The translations under genes and the position numbers were made by a program. From Pelomyxa schiedti (Eukaryota; Protista; Evosea), in assembly GCA_020536535.1 (NCBI GenBank), contig JAHLWZ010000791.1:248001-312000 (forward strand): a stretch of 64,000 nucleotides of DNA. The letters are read 5' to 3'. The notes beneath the pieces were generated by a model that was not told the DNA's origin, did no database searches, and saw nothing but the letters and a program-made list of their open reading frames with translations. Shown here in pieces: positions 1-13,013 of this stretch (within the stretch, counting starts at the first letter, position 1; the number at the start of each line of letters is the position of its first letter).

Positions 1-1553
1 CAAACATGAGAATGAACACTGAATTGCTGTTAAAGAAGCAAGGGTAGAATGGATTCCAGTCCTCATTGCTCCCGCCTTTTGATTTTGGTGAGAAAAATAT
101 TGGCAAGAGTCGGATTATTTGCAACCTAACTCCCATGCTGTCCAAGTATATGGATCTGTTCTCTCCAACTTGAATGGTTGGTGCACTTTGATAACTGGAC
201 CTATAATGGCCTTTGTATTGTTGATTCTAACAGCTGCTTTGGTTTTGTTCTTCATCAAGCATTTCAAGAGACCAGCTTTGTGATGGGGAAGTCCCCCAAC
301 CATCACAATCTGGATGTGTAGTTGCATTTTAATTGGTATCTCTCCAAAAAGAAGGAAGGATTTGATTGCCTCCCATGGCTGGCTCCTCAAACGTGGGGGA
401 AGGCTTTTTAATGGATTGTTGTTAAGTTCCACCCAGGGGATCCTGGTATTAAGGAGCCACTCTGGAATTTTGTCAATTTTGTTGTCTGATAAATCCAGTC
501 TCTCACATGAGATTCCCTCGAGCTGTGGTGGTACACAGTCCAACATTTGTTTCTCCAGGCCAATTGAACATGCGTGAATATTATTACATGAAAAGCAAAG
601 CTCTCTCACAGCAGGCCAATTCCCAACTTTCAGCCAGGATCTTATTGCTACATTATGCACAGAAGAGCCCTGCTTTTCTGAAAGGAGAAGTAACATTGAA
701 CGAACAGTTAGCGGGTCCATCCATGCAATATCCATTGATACTTCCCGTGGGAGTTTTGGTGTTGTCTGTACAGTGGATAGTTCCAGTCTATTTAGACCTT
801 GATATTTATTGAGGAGAAATAAGAGCTGTTTTCTATTGGTACCTTGGAAAGGATGTTGTTGCCCTGCAGTCACTTGAATCACGGATAAAATTAATTCTTT
901 CAATGAACTTTCTGTCACGCCATTGTAGGTGAGTAGCCTGATAGCTTTTACCTGGCATCATTATCAACGTAACATTAAAAAAATTTAAAACAGAACGATC
1001 CGCATACAGCAAATGCAACATAAAGTGCGTCCATGAAGGACTTGCCATCTCCCTCTGTGCAACCAGACTGTTTTCTGAAGTCCGCAACGATCAAAGGAGC
1101 ACCACCGCCCAACCTCTGCGCCGTGTCTTCCAGGGACTCGACATGATGGATAGTGGAATTGTTCATCACTGCGAGAACCACAGCGCCCTCAGCATTGGCA
1201 CACCCAGGCCCCAGCATGCCACTGCCGTCCCTGTGGAACACAACACAGCTGACACCACGTCGCCCTTTCCCTGCTGGTGCTGCTGCTTCCGCGGCCGCCA
1301 CCATTTGCCGCTTCGCCGCGGATGACGTCATCGACCGCGCGTCATCGGAAAGCAACTGCCGCAAGTCATCCGCGGCCACGGTCACGGCCACGGGGTCGAA
1401 TTTCGAGGGCCGGACCTCCTCGGCGGGCCGTGTCCGATTCCCAAGCGCGGCAAGCAGCTGGCCAGCCTCCTCGTGCGAGTAACCGAAATACTCGATCACG
1501 TAGCAGTTGACCGTCTTGCTGTTGTTGCTGCTGTAGTCGCCGTGTAGCAGCAT
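1..1553 (-). CDS. LRR + Roc-like (Roco-type) protein, multi-exon, runs off window start
   Basis: ORFs 975-1553 and 115-918. LRR segments LDLSDNKIDKIP and VELNNNPLKSLP are followed by a degenerate P-loop-like IVMVGGLPHHKA and WELG. Start position uncertain. Confidence 0.55.
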
Positions 1554-1728
1554 TTTCGGGAACTGACACCAGATTCGGAAAGATGCAGTAACAATCCTAC
1601 CGTTTCCGCCATTGCGTTGTGCTCTGTCCTACGGATCGGCACATTGTGGGACCCTTTCAATTCGTGCTCCTTGAATAGAGGCAATAAATTCCTGCTTTTT
1701 GATCAGGTAAGGTGTGCAGTGAGGTACC

Positions 1729-2814
1729 ATGGGTTATGTTCCCACACTTGACTTTCTCTGGTTTTTTACCAACCCCTCATAGACCAACAACGATGCCTAC
1801 TTGCAACCGAGACCCTGAGGCTCACTGCCGACGGGGACTGGGCCCACGCCTTCTCAAATTGCATGGCTCTACTATGTCCCATTATTGATGCTGCGGCTGC
1901 TGCGCCATCTGGTGCTGCTTCGGTGAACAGCACCAGACAAAATGCCAACAACGGACAAGTCCTGACGAGGCTGTTCTGCGGGGTCCCGGGACGAAAACCC
2001 CTCGTCACAGATTCACTCGTCTTCGTGCTGCTCAGGTTCATCTTCCCAATGTCGCCGGGTCTGTTCCCTCCCACAATGGTGTGGGTTCGACTCCCTGCTG
2101 GACAAATTGAAGAAGTGCCCCAAGTCATGCCACGACTTCGCCATCAATCTGCTGGTTGTTGTGACTGGGAATCCCCAAGTGGCCGACCCTGCCAACAACA
2201 GGCTGGTGTCTCTGGCCCTTGTAATCCTTGGGTTCTTCAATCACATGGGGATTGGGCTCAGGATTAACCTGGCCGCGGCTGTGCAGTGCTTCAGGCGAAG
2301 CCAAGAGCCCCCCTACAGCAACTCTTTCGCTCAGTACTTCCTGGGAAAGTGCTACTACACCGGCGAGGGAGTGGAAGAGGACAAACTCGAGGCATACCAC
2401 CTGTTCGTCAAGTCGGCGGCCCAGCGCAACCCATTGGCCATCCGAGGCGTCGGAATGTCCTACGATAACGGGACAACAGACGCCGGGGTGCCTGACCACG
2501 ATTCCGCCATCAGGTACTACACACAAGCCTCCGAAGAGCACAACTGGGCCTCGGCACAGTTCAACTTGGGGTGGATGCACCTCGGCATGGGTGATCAGGA
2601 AAAGGCCGCTGCTTGGTTTTTCCTGTCAGCGAGGCAAGGCTACGACTGCGCACAGTACCAGGTCGGGCTATCTTACTTCCAAGGTTATGTTCCGGGCCAT
2701 ATTGACAAGCGCGAAAGCAAGAGGTGGATGCTCCTTTCTCATAGTCAGGGCTATAGCCCAGCCACAGTACATTTAGACACCTACTTCTTGTGGTACAACA
2801 GGGCAGCGTATTGA
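1729..2814 (+). CDS. Sel1-like repeat protein
   Basis: SLR motifs AQYFLGKCYYTGEGVEED, AQFNLGWMH and AQYQVGLSYFQG in ORF 2107-2814. Upstream exons inferred via GT-AG introns at ~1733-1782 and ~2079-2112. Confidence 0.75.
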
Positions 2815-2918
2815 TTTGTATAATAATATGACTCAACAAACAGAAAGAATGGAGGAATTTGCTATTGTAATAACAAACAAAGTTGTGGCATTTGGGGAAG
2901 TTTATGCTGTGCTGGAAC

Positions 2919-3769
2919 CTAGACTCTTTTTGGGTGGGAAAAGAGTTGGTGCCTTACAAGTCCCAGAGAAACAAAGGCATAGTAGACAAGGAACGTGTGA
3001 GGTATGAGAAGAAGCTCGATGACAAGCATGTACCAGGGCCATGGTCCCAATAAATCAAACAATGACGATTGAAAGGGTTTATGGCAAGTAAACATGTAGT
3101 TTGCACCAGGGATGACCAAGTTGAACAGTGACGAGACCACTACAAGGGCATTTCCAAAGGCAATATGTTTCAGTGTTGTAAACAATGCCTGTTGAAAGCT
3201 AGGAGAAAAGTATGGCTGCAAGCTTGTATCTGTTCCATAGGCAATATATGGCGAAATGAAAGTAATGCCATGACATAGGACATAGTTTAAGTATTCGCAG
3301 CTGGGGAACCAGGTCTGCACTGACGGAGTGAGAAGACCATGGAACGCAAGAGGGGAGGCAATCAGTGCCACGAATTCTTGAAGAGATTTAGGTGAGAAAA
3401 TTTCAGACTTGAGGCATACCACACAAGAACTTTCTTGTCTTCGATTGTTGACTGGTCAGTAAAAAATACACCGCCGCCCAAAGGCCGTAATCACAAAATT
3501 GAAGTGGCAGACAAGTGGCCATAGACCTGGAATGAGTAGGCAATAACTCGGCTGGCGTAAAAGTGCAACCATTTTCCAGTGTAGAGCCTGTTCATTTGCG
3601 TAACCAATTCATTGACCATCAACACGCTCCCAAAAACGAGCCTTGCTCTGCGACCAATATCTCCCCTCCTTGCTGTAACCACTCCACCCAACAGCGAAAA
3701 AGCGACAGCGAGACTCAAAGCCAGGCCAACGCACACACAGTGAACGATGACGGTGTCTGACGGCACCAT
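2919..3769 (-). CDS. YwaF/TMEM164 (TIGR02206-like) integral membrane protein
   Basis: Hydrophobic helices with LPLQFCD, LLTP, HG and C-terminal ANYMFTCHKP..SLFDLLGPWPWY, the signature of this family. Intron-split. Confidence 0.75.
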
Positions 3770-3967
3770 TGCGATCCAGATTTAATAACTAAATGGATGA
3801 TTTTGACACATTAACGTATACGTATTGACAACTCCGCAGGGAAGTAGTGTCATCTGTCTCTTCTCGGCCGATTTCAATATTTTTTTTCCTTTCCGTTTAG
3901 TGTTTTCTCATTTCCCTAAAAAAACAACGAAAACCGACACGGGAAGGTGCCACTGCGCGTGGGGGCG

Positions 3968-6900
3968 ATGCTCTTTTTCTGTCCCGAAGATCTACGACGT
4001 TGTTGTGAGGCGTCTGCCACTGCATCTTCCAGTCCGTTGAGGGGTTCGGGATCTGGTGTCCTGTTGAATGCAGCAAGTAACTTGCCTCCGGCGTTGTCTT
4101 TTGGAGACCCGCTGGCGCTGTCTTCGTTCGGCGTCACCTTGTACGAACTTATGGCGCGCCCACAGACACCGCAGAACCTCGAATTAACTGAGATCGACAA
4201 AGATCCCACTCCCCCACCCACGCCTTACACGCCTCCTTTATCTTTACCCTCGCCACCAATTCCCTCAAAACTACCAGTGACACCCTCGGCATGCGTTTCT
4301 TCGCAGGAGGGTGGTGGGGCCACAGTCACAGACGTTACCCCTCTGTATCCCGTCCTTTCAACAAACACTGACCCCTTTTGTCTGCCTCGCCTCCAGTTTC
4401 CGCCGCAATTACCCCAGTTACAGAAATTACTGAATCAGCAACTTCAACAACAACAACAGAGCTTGCACCAGTGTACACCTGTTGTCATCAATTCACTGTA
4501 TGACCTAAAATTGATGTCAAAGTATGCTGTCAAGTCCGGGCCAACAATACAGAGAACTTCGTGCACTACAATTTCCGTTACTTTGGCTAATAAAGCTGTA
4601 CTCCTTCAATTGAAGAAAAACTAAAAACTAATGAAGATGTTTCTGTAGTTTACTGTAACAATACAAAGCTTAGTTGGAGAATTTCTACTAAAACGGATGC
4701 CTGCATGGAAGCAATCAATAGCGCAAACACAGCCCACGTATCAAGAACCACTGCCAACCTCTCCACAAGAAGAAAGCTATATTCCTGAGCAACCACTGAC
4801 CACGGCATCCCCCAGCACAACCACAACTGCAGTGGCACAACAGTTTATAGTTATACAACCAACCGGGGTGCAAGGTACTCTATTTTTAACGAACTTCAGA
4901 GTTTTGTTTGTCCCCAGTGTATGCTAACCATCCATTTTAGCAATTGTGTATTCTCACTTGTTTTTAGATAGGCCGCGATATTGTCGACATTCCTTTGACC
5001 ATAATAAGTCGTATAACAAGCTTGGGTGGTCAACCAGTAGGAGCAATGGAGAGACTATTTGGAGCCCGGGAAGGCAAGCCTGATGACTACATTCTTGATA
5101 TTTCCACAGTAAGGTGCAATGTTTTACCACCGGCCTAATATTCTCAAGAGTCCGTACTATATGGATCTGCGGCACCCAACAGTTAGGTTCGCCTTTGACT
5201 CAGGATGCAAGTATGCTATGGCATCCTTCTGAATGAATACGACAACTCACTTTTCTTGAAGGGATTTGTGTCAACTCATGATCCAGTTTGCCTTCCCAGA
5301 ATCGCGATCAAGGCAAGCTTTCTCCTTTTCTCCTCCCTGTACGTGCACTTGCTGCTGCTGTTGCGCATGTACCTGTGTATCGTGCTGCGAGTCAGTTCAC
5401 AGTGTCTCGCTGAATTCTAAGCCCTCAACCTCGCTCTGGTTTACCGTTCCAGTATTTGTCCTAAATTCTGCTCGTGTGGTAATTCTGCTCTAGAGAATAT
5501 TGAACGGCAGTGATCATTGCCCGTTTTGTTGTCTATCTGTTCCATCCAGCTTTTCACCAACTTCTGAATTAAGTTCCAAACCCTGGATTTATGACGAGTT
5601 TACCGAATTCACACGCCAGGGAGTCAATCTCCGCGATGGAGAATGGAGAGTGACTACAGTAAACAAGGTAAGTGAGTACCAAAAAAGAAGATCTCATGTG
5701 TCACAGGACTACGCACTATCCTCAACATACCCACCCGTTCTTGTTGTACCTCAATGCATCGATGACGACAAACTGAAAGTTGTTGCAAACTTCAGATCTA
5801 AAGGCAGAATACCAGTTTTAAGCTGGATGCACAAATCTGGCGCCTCAATAACTAGAGGTTTAGTGCCCAACCTGAATAAGCTCACTTTCTTTGCAGGTAG
5901 TCAGCCACAAAGTGGGATTCTTACCTCTAGGTGTTCAGAAGATGAAAAACTGCTTAACCAGATTGCTCTTCTTAACCCCTCCCAAAAACTCTACATTCTC
6001 GATTCCAGACCACTGAGTACTTCCTCCCTTCAGAAAAAAGGCTACTCATAGTACATTTTTCAGGTAATAGTGTGTTTAATCGAGCACTTGGGGGTGGCTA
6101 CGAATGTTCTGAGTACTACGGGTGTCCTGTTGAGTTCCTTAACATGCCTAATATCCATGTTGTGCGAGACAGTTTCAATCGGCTCCATTACCTTTGCCTG
6201 TGTCTTACATCTGACCCTACCTGCCAAACTTGGCTATATCAATTATCAAGTACTGCCTGGCTTGATTACATAAGGTAATTAAGGGAATCCAAGTTCTGCA
6301 AAATAATGTGCTTACTTAGACTTGTTCTGTCTGGAGCAAGGAGAGTTATTAATTTGGTTAATGAAGAAAAAGCTTCAGTGTACGTTCACTGCAGTGATTC
6401 TTGGGATAGAACATCACAGGTGGGCTTCTCCATTTGTTCGTTCCGTCATCATTATGTGTCAGCTGTGTGCACTTGCTGAGCTGTGTATGGACCCCTATTA
6501 CAGGACTTTCGAGGGCTTTGTTGTTTTGATTGAAAAGGTTTTTTTGTACTCCAGTAACTCCAAATAACTCCATTTAGGAATGGCTAAAAATAGGTCACAA
6601 ATTCGGTGATAGATTGAGGGAGCAATCTAATGCCGGTGCGGTAACAGAGACATCACCAATTTTTTTGCAGTTTCTGGATTGCGTCTTTCAGTTGATGATG
6701 CAGTATCCAACGGCGTTCCAGTTTAATGACTCTTTTCTCGTATCAATCATGGAGGTTCAGCTCACTTCTCCTGGCTAATTAGTACTTAAATTATGCTAAG
6801 GAAGCTTTAATTGCAAGGTTCGGAACCTTTTTAGGCAACTCCGACAGGGATCGTTCCCAGTTGCCACACCCAGTGGTATCCCTTTGGACCAATTTACACC

Positions 6901-7421
6901 ACTTGCAGCACCCTCAGAGATCACTTTCTCAACGTTTGCGGAACTCCGCCTCCCTGTCTAACAGTACAAGCACATCTAGCAGCACTGGGGTTTTCCATTT
7001 TCTTCCTATAGTTAACACTCATGCCTGAGGCCAGGGAAGCTGTAAATGCCCGGTTTTCCCTTTCGTGAATCCATACTATGATGCAGTAAGTCAGGACACA
7101 ATCATTCCGCTGGTACTAAATGAAACCAGTAACTCTCCCAAGTTCTAACCTATTCTCCCTCAGGTTGGTGCACACAACTTACAGCTTTGGACAAACTACT
7201 ATTTCCGGCTAATGCCGGAAGGAATAGATACGATGTCCATAGCAAATGACCAAAGAGTGCACAAGTTCATGGAAATGAAGACTCTGGTAAGGGACCTACA
7301 GCAACAAGTCACATCACTCCAGGCGCAGCTTGAGGCCACTCACACCACACCCACCACGAGCACAAGCACAATCCCCACACCCACAACTCAGCACAATTTT
7401 GAGCCTCAGACAGGTTTGTAG
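3968..7421 (+). CDS. Myotubularin-family phosphoinositide phosphatase
   Basis: Motifs across ~15 exons: GTLFLTNFRVLF (GRAM), STYPPVLVVP, FRSKGRIPVLSW, ILDSRP..NRALGGGYE, NIHVVRDS, VHCSDSWDRT, MDPYYRTFEGF, EWLKIGHKF, SPIFLQFLDCV. Start ATG either 3968 or 4151. Confidence 0.92.
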
Positions 7422-7479
7422 TAATTGTAGTAACCATCACGAAATCAAATTTCCCCGAATCTTGTCTTTCCCTGTTGAC

Positions 7480-8451
7480 ATGATGCGTTTTGCACATATT
7501 GGAATTGTTGCATGCTCAAGTGAAGGTGCCGCTCTGTGTTTCCGGTCTATATGCTCTCAGTCTGCGGAGTTCCCTGGAAACACACACAGGCACCATCATC
7601 CAGGTACTCCCAACTGACACTAGTAATGTTGGGTGAGTTCACTACTGAGTTCATTGGCCTGTGTAATGACTTGTTGGTATTGTCTGACACCTCCTCTTGC
7701 TAGAGGTGTCAATGCACTGTCCCTCCTTACAGCGCTATGTGGATTTCCTGGAACAGGGTGACTTACATGGCGTTGCAGGACTGACGTTGGAGTCATCGAG
7801 GTTTGGTTTTCCTTTCATCTGGAATCAAACTTTATACCTAACATGGATAATTAGGAAATTGGCTGCCATGGGAGCAAGGTTCTTGATATGCCCTGACAAC
7901 ACCATCCACTCAGCTTTTCACTTGGTAGAGAGGGATTCTCCTCTTCCTTGGCTACATATTGCGGCTGTTGTGGCCGACTCTGCTGCATCCCGTGGATTCA
8001 GAAGAGTTGGAGTAATGGGAACAAAATGGCTGGTGGAAAGTGAAGTTTACCCACAGAAACTTTCAGCAAAGGGAATTGAGTGTGTAAGGTATTTTCCTTC
8101 CCGAAGGTTGAGTGAGAGCCGTTTTATTGTGTAACAAGACCATCACCAGAGGACAAAGAAGAAGTATCTCGCATTATAATGCAAGAACTAAACCCCCTGA
8201 ATCTCCTGCCTGGGTCAGTTGGTAAACTCAGAGCAGTGGTGGAAAGATTTCGTGAGCAGAACTGTAGTGCAGTTATTTTGGGCTGCACAGAGCTTCCACT
8301 GGTTAGTCTATCCATTTGCACACCGGAACAGATATTCTCAATTAACCAAAAATAGGTTCTGTGTGATTACAACTGCTGTATCCCCACACTGGACTCCACC
8401 AAGCTTCTTGCCGCCGCTGCTGTTCATCACTCACATTCCATGATGACCTGA
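7480..8451 (+). CDS. Aspartate/glutamate racemase family protein
   Basis: HIGIVACSSEGAALCFRSI, LICPDNTIH, LPWLHIA, VGVMGTKW, AVILGCTELP, PTLDST. About 5 exons; stop TGA at 8449-8451. Confidence 0.85.
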
Positions 8452-8669
8452 CACATACCTCGTTGACACAACAAAAAAGTGTCTCATAAGTATCTGTTTT
8501 ACTCATGGGTTATAGTTTTGTTGCTTAAATTTATCATCACCGACCCTGGTGTCGTTGTGCCTTGCAGGCAACAAAACGTGACAGCTCCCTCCCGCGCTGT
8601 ATACTTATGGGTCTCTCTGATGGTTAATGGGGAAAAGAAAAAAATAGCATAATATTGATCTTTACGGTG

Positions 8670-10839
8670 ATGTGGCAGGCGACACCGGCGCACTTCTTAA
8701 GTGCCGACGAGGAACTAGGAAAGGTTCTGGGCACCCCGAAAAGCCGCAGGTCCGTGGGCGACGGGCGACGCCGGGGCGCGAACGGGTCCCATAATTGCTG
8801 CTGGCGGCGCTTCCGGGCTTCCCGCGCGGTGCCGATGGCGCTGGTCGTTCTTGGTGCCGGGGGGACGTTCTTGCTGCTGTTTTGTGTGTCTTTTGGCCTG
8901 GTCAGCCTTCCTGGTTGGGGCAGCGACGACGCGCCGGGCGCGACGCCGGAACCCGTCGTTCCCACAATTGGGATAAACCCCCAACTGCTGGCCCCGAAGC
9001 CGAGCGATTCTTCTTCCAGTGTTACTATCCCGGGAGTTGATGTTGATGTTGATGTTGATGTGGACGTGGACTTGGGAAAGGGGCTGGATGATGGAGTAGG
9101 GAGTAAGATTGGCGTAGAAAAACGAAGCAAAAGTGAAGATATGGGAGCTCAAGTTGCGACTCTGACTGCCGACCATCAGAGCTCTGTGGTGGCTCCAAAT
9201 TCTGGACAGGAGCATAGTACTCAATATTTATCTGGACCCATGGAAGTACAGCCGTCTTTACCCGAAGTCAGTGAAGACACGCCTGTAGCACATTCATGCC
9301 CACATTATGCTGGAAGAAACTATTACAAATACCCTGTGGTCATCCACAAGGGCATTGATCAGTTGTTTATCAATATGGTAAAGAACCTTCGTCACCTCTT
9401 TCCCTCTCAAAATTTCACAGACCAAATGCGATATTCCTTGCGTAGTTGCTTCAAAAATAACAGCATTTGGCTACATTGATGCCCACATGACCCGCCTTCC
9501 TGGCACCAATGTTGGTCATTCACCTAAAAACTGTGAGCATGTCCAAGACATTTTCTTTTCTATGGAGAGTGCGCAACAATACCCTGCTTGCCAATGTATG
9601 TCAAGCGGATACCAATATGATTTTTCATTAACGTTAGTATTCTGACAGTGGATGTTGCAAGGAAAAAGTATGATATTGTTGCTACATACGATCTTGATTC
9701 AGACGTACCTGCACCTTATTTTAGCTGGGCGGAATATGATTTTATGGCACCCCTGGCACCCAAGGTAAAATATCCTTTATTATCTTTTTTATTTTGAGAA
9801 CGCAATAAGAATGCCCCAGCTATGGCAGTTGCCCTGATCTCCAACTGTAACGCAAAGAACAACCGTCTTCAATATCTAAGTGCTCTTATGAGTGCGGGAG
9901 TCACCGTTGACTCCTATGGAACGTGTATGAATAACAAAGAGTTCCCTGCAAACCTGCACACTGGTAACTACTTTGCTGAAAAAATCGCCTTGACCCGAAA
10001 CTATAAGTTTGCTATTGCATTTGAGAACTCCAACACCAAGGATTATGTGACTGAAAAGCTCTTTGCAACTTTTGTTGCAGGAGCGGTTCCAAGTATAATG
10101 TCTTTTTGCCTTCCTGTTCTAATATCGCACAGTTCACATGGGTATAGAGGATGTGCACCGCTTTGGTCCTTCACAACACTCTATCATTTCGGTGCACGAT
10201 TTTGGGTGCCCTATCCGTACCACATTTGCTTTTGTGGTAACCCTGGAAAATTAGGTCCCCTGTCGAACTCGCCCAGTACTTGAAACTGTTGGATAGTAAT
10301 GATACTTTGTATCAGGAATATCTCTCCTGGAAAATAACAGGCTACTCAAAGGAATTCAAGGCTTTAGTCGATTTAGCCAATGTAATTCTAACTTTTTCCA
10401 CTTTGCATTCGAGCCTAAGTGTTCTTAGGTTCATTCAGCATGCCGGCTCTGTATAAAAGTTGCTGACAATCAAAGAACCCTCTTTGGGGAACCACAAACA
10501 CCGCTCCAGTTCCGTAACTACGCCGACGTCGTATCTGCGGAAACAGAGTTTTTGAGTACCCCTTCCTTCCACCGAACAGTTTTGTCTAATTCTTTTTCTA
10601 CTACAGGATTTCGTGTTCGTAACCGAGGAACCTTTTGGTTCCACAACCTACGCCTCCCCCTCAACGGCCTAGAGTTCTCCAGCCTCACTAATAAACTTAG
10701 CAGTGCACTACCACACCCACAAGGCACAGAACTGTGGGAAGTCTACCTTGCTCACAACCAAACAAACAAAATAGCCTGTGACAGTGATGTCCGGACTCTG
10801 ATGGTGGATGGGGTGGAATTGGAGGCATACTTTGTGTAA
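8670..10839 (+). CDS. Alpha-1,3-fucosyltransferase (GT10), type II membrane protein
   Basis: N-terminal TM helix and stem, [25 protein letters not shown], alpha-1,3 motif [26 protein letters not shown]-terminal ACRLC..VRNRGTF..LEAYFV. Confidence 0.9.
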
Positions 10840-10922
10840 GTGAGTGATTGAAGTTGTTGGCCAAGTGTGATTGATAGTAAAATATCTTTCTTCTTCACTA
10901 CAATAGTATCTCTATGTTTCAT

Positions 10923-12666
10923 TTAGTGCTTTTTGGCTCCCAGCTTCTTCCTAGTAGCGGGATTTGGTCTTTTGGATTTGACTCCCAGTCTCCGGCCTCC
11001 TGTATTTGGTGATTTGGCTGCTGCAGTAGGTGGTTTTTTGCTAAACTTTTTGCCTCCACCATAACCACTTTTCCCACTAGGCTTCTCCTTAATTCCTCTC
11101 TTTGGTGCTTTGGAGTGTGTGTCGCTAAGATGGAAATCCTCTTCCCCCTTTCCTCTACTCTTTCCTTGTCTGGGGAGTGCTATGAAGTCATCGGCGGTAC
11201 TCTTCTTTCCTGGCCCTTTGCTCCTTCTTCCGTCATTGTGCTCAAGGGTTGGGTCTGTCCTTGCCCACTTGCTGTGAAAGTTAAGTAAGAATGTATCTAC
11301 GAGGGGAAGTAGTGGCATACTCCATTGTTGGTATGGCACCAGGGGGCAGTGCACCTGCAGGGCGTTTCCTTTTGGACAATGCTTGTTTTGGAGCTGGCTT
11401 AGACTCCCCAAAATTTTTTTCTAATTCAATGGCAAAATCCTTTGCGTCGTCCTCTTTGTCTTTCCTCACTTGAAAATCCAGGTAAGTTACCTAAGTTTCG
11501 TACATGCATATAATTACCTGATCTCCACTTCTTCAGCTTGTCCATGTGCTCTTTTTTTTGCTTCATTTTTTCAAGCTCTTTTTCATGTTGCACTTTTTTC
11601 CCGAATTTTTTGTTTTGACGTTGTTTTGCAACGTATTCCACAGCATGTAACTTCTTCTTTTCAACACTGAGATTTTGTTGTATCTGTGGCCCTTTGTTAA
11701 CCAGCAGTAAAAGTCAAAAAGTAAATACCCGATGAAGGTGTTCATCCGATTTTACCATCTCAGCAAAATAGTCCTCAGGACGGCGAATTTTTATCTGGTA
11801 CTGTTCACAGAGAGCAAATCCTCTTTTCACAGCATCGAGTGCTTGTGCATAACTGGAAACAATCAACTAAACACATTACTTTGCAGTGGCGAGGGAATAA
11901 ATTGCCAAAACAACAAATGCATAGTAAAAATCGGGGAAAAAAAAGAAGAAGAAGAAGAAAGAAGCAGAAGAAGAACATATAGCAACGAATACACAAGACA
12001 AAAACAGAAGTAAATAATTGGGACAAGGTGTGTGATAGTGGCATACAAAGTGAGCTCTCTTTCCTGATCGTCGTCGATCCGCTCCACCTTGTTTGGCGCC
12101 TCCGAAGTCACAACCAAAGTCTCGCCCCACGGCGCCCCCTCTGATATCGACATCTCCCTCAGCGTCTTCTTCAGCCCCTTCACGTTGTTCACCGTCCTCG
12201 GGTCAAAGTCCCCCTCGCCGCCCGCCGAGTCGCCGCCGCCGTGGCCGTGGCCGTGGCCGTAGCCGCCGCCCTCGTCGTCGTCGCCGTCGTCGTCGTCGTC
12301 CGCGCCGGCGCCGGCGTTGGCGGAGTTCATCTGCCTCAGCATCTTGTACTGCTCGGCCAGCGAGGGCACGGGCTCGCCCGTCTGCTCGTCGATGAACCTG
12401 CCGTCCGCGGTCATCGAGGCCATGATGGTGCGCGTCACGTTTGAGCTCTCGGACGGCGTCGACGACGGCATTATGGGAGCCGCCCTCTTGAGCGCCGCCG
12501 CGGCCCTCGCCGCCGCCGCCGACGCCTCGTCGTCGTGCGACCTGCGCGCGGGCTTGGGCACCACCGTGCGCCGCTTCGTCGTCGCCGCCGCCGCCGCCGC
12601 CGCCTTCGACGTCGGGGCGCCGCGCTGGCCTCCTTTCATCTTCCCTACCTTGTTCCCGAACGGCAT
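10923..12666 (-). CDS. EBP2: rRNA-processing protein Ebp2
   Basis: IDDDQEREL, RPEDYFAEMVKSDEH, KKFGKKVQ..K..KKEHMDKLKKWR, GYGGGKK, basic C-terminus RPNPATRKK. Confidence 0.9.
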
Positions 12667-13013
12667 CACCCTGCTACTCTTGCGCCTTGCTTTTTGTAAT
12701 TTGTTAAGGGCTCAATTTATCGGCGACATGCAACTGCTTGGATAGGCGAAACGGAACAGATCTGGTGGGAGAACAGGAGTGAACTTTGAATAGAGCATGT
12801 TGGACTGCTGTGTGGGAGTATGTGCTGGTGATTGAGTGTGTTGAGGACCAGAGTAGGTGTCCAATCAAAAAGGGTCTCAGAGATTCAGTTGCAAATGAAG
12901 TTTTTGTTTTCCTTGTCTTTTCATTCCAAGACAATAAGCGCCCCGCGACACCACGGTCGTCATTTCGGGTACAGTAACAGTACACACAACCAAGGCCTTC
13001 GATCTAGATCACA

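Noticed and set aside
7603-7703. Longer racemase intron with two CTGA boxes and ATGA, a possible C/D snoRNA
   Set aside because: No convincing RTGATGA C box and no rRNA target I can verify; snoscan would be needed.
9035-9072. (GATGTT)n microsatellite
   Set aside because: Encodes a VD dipeptide run in the fucosyltransferase stem; ordinary slippage.
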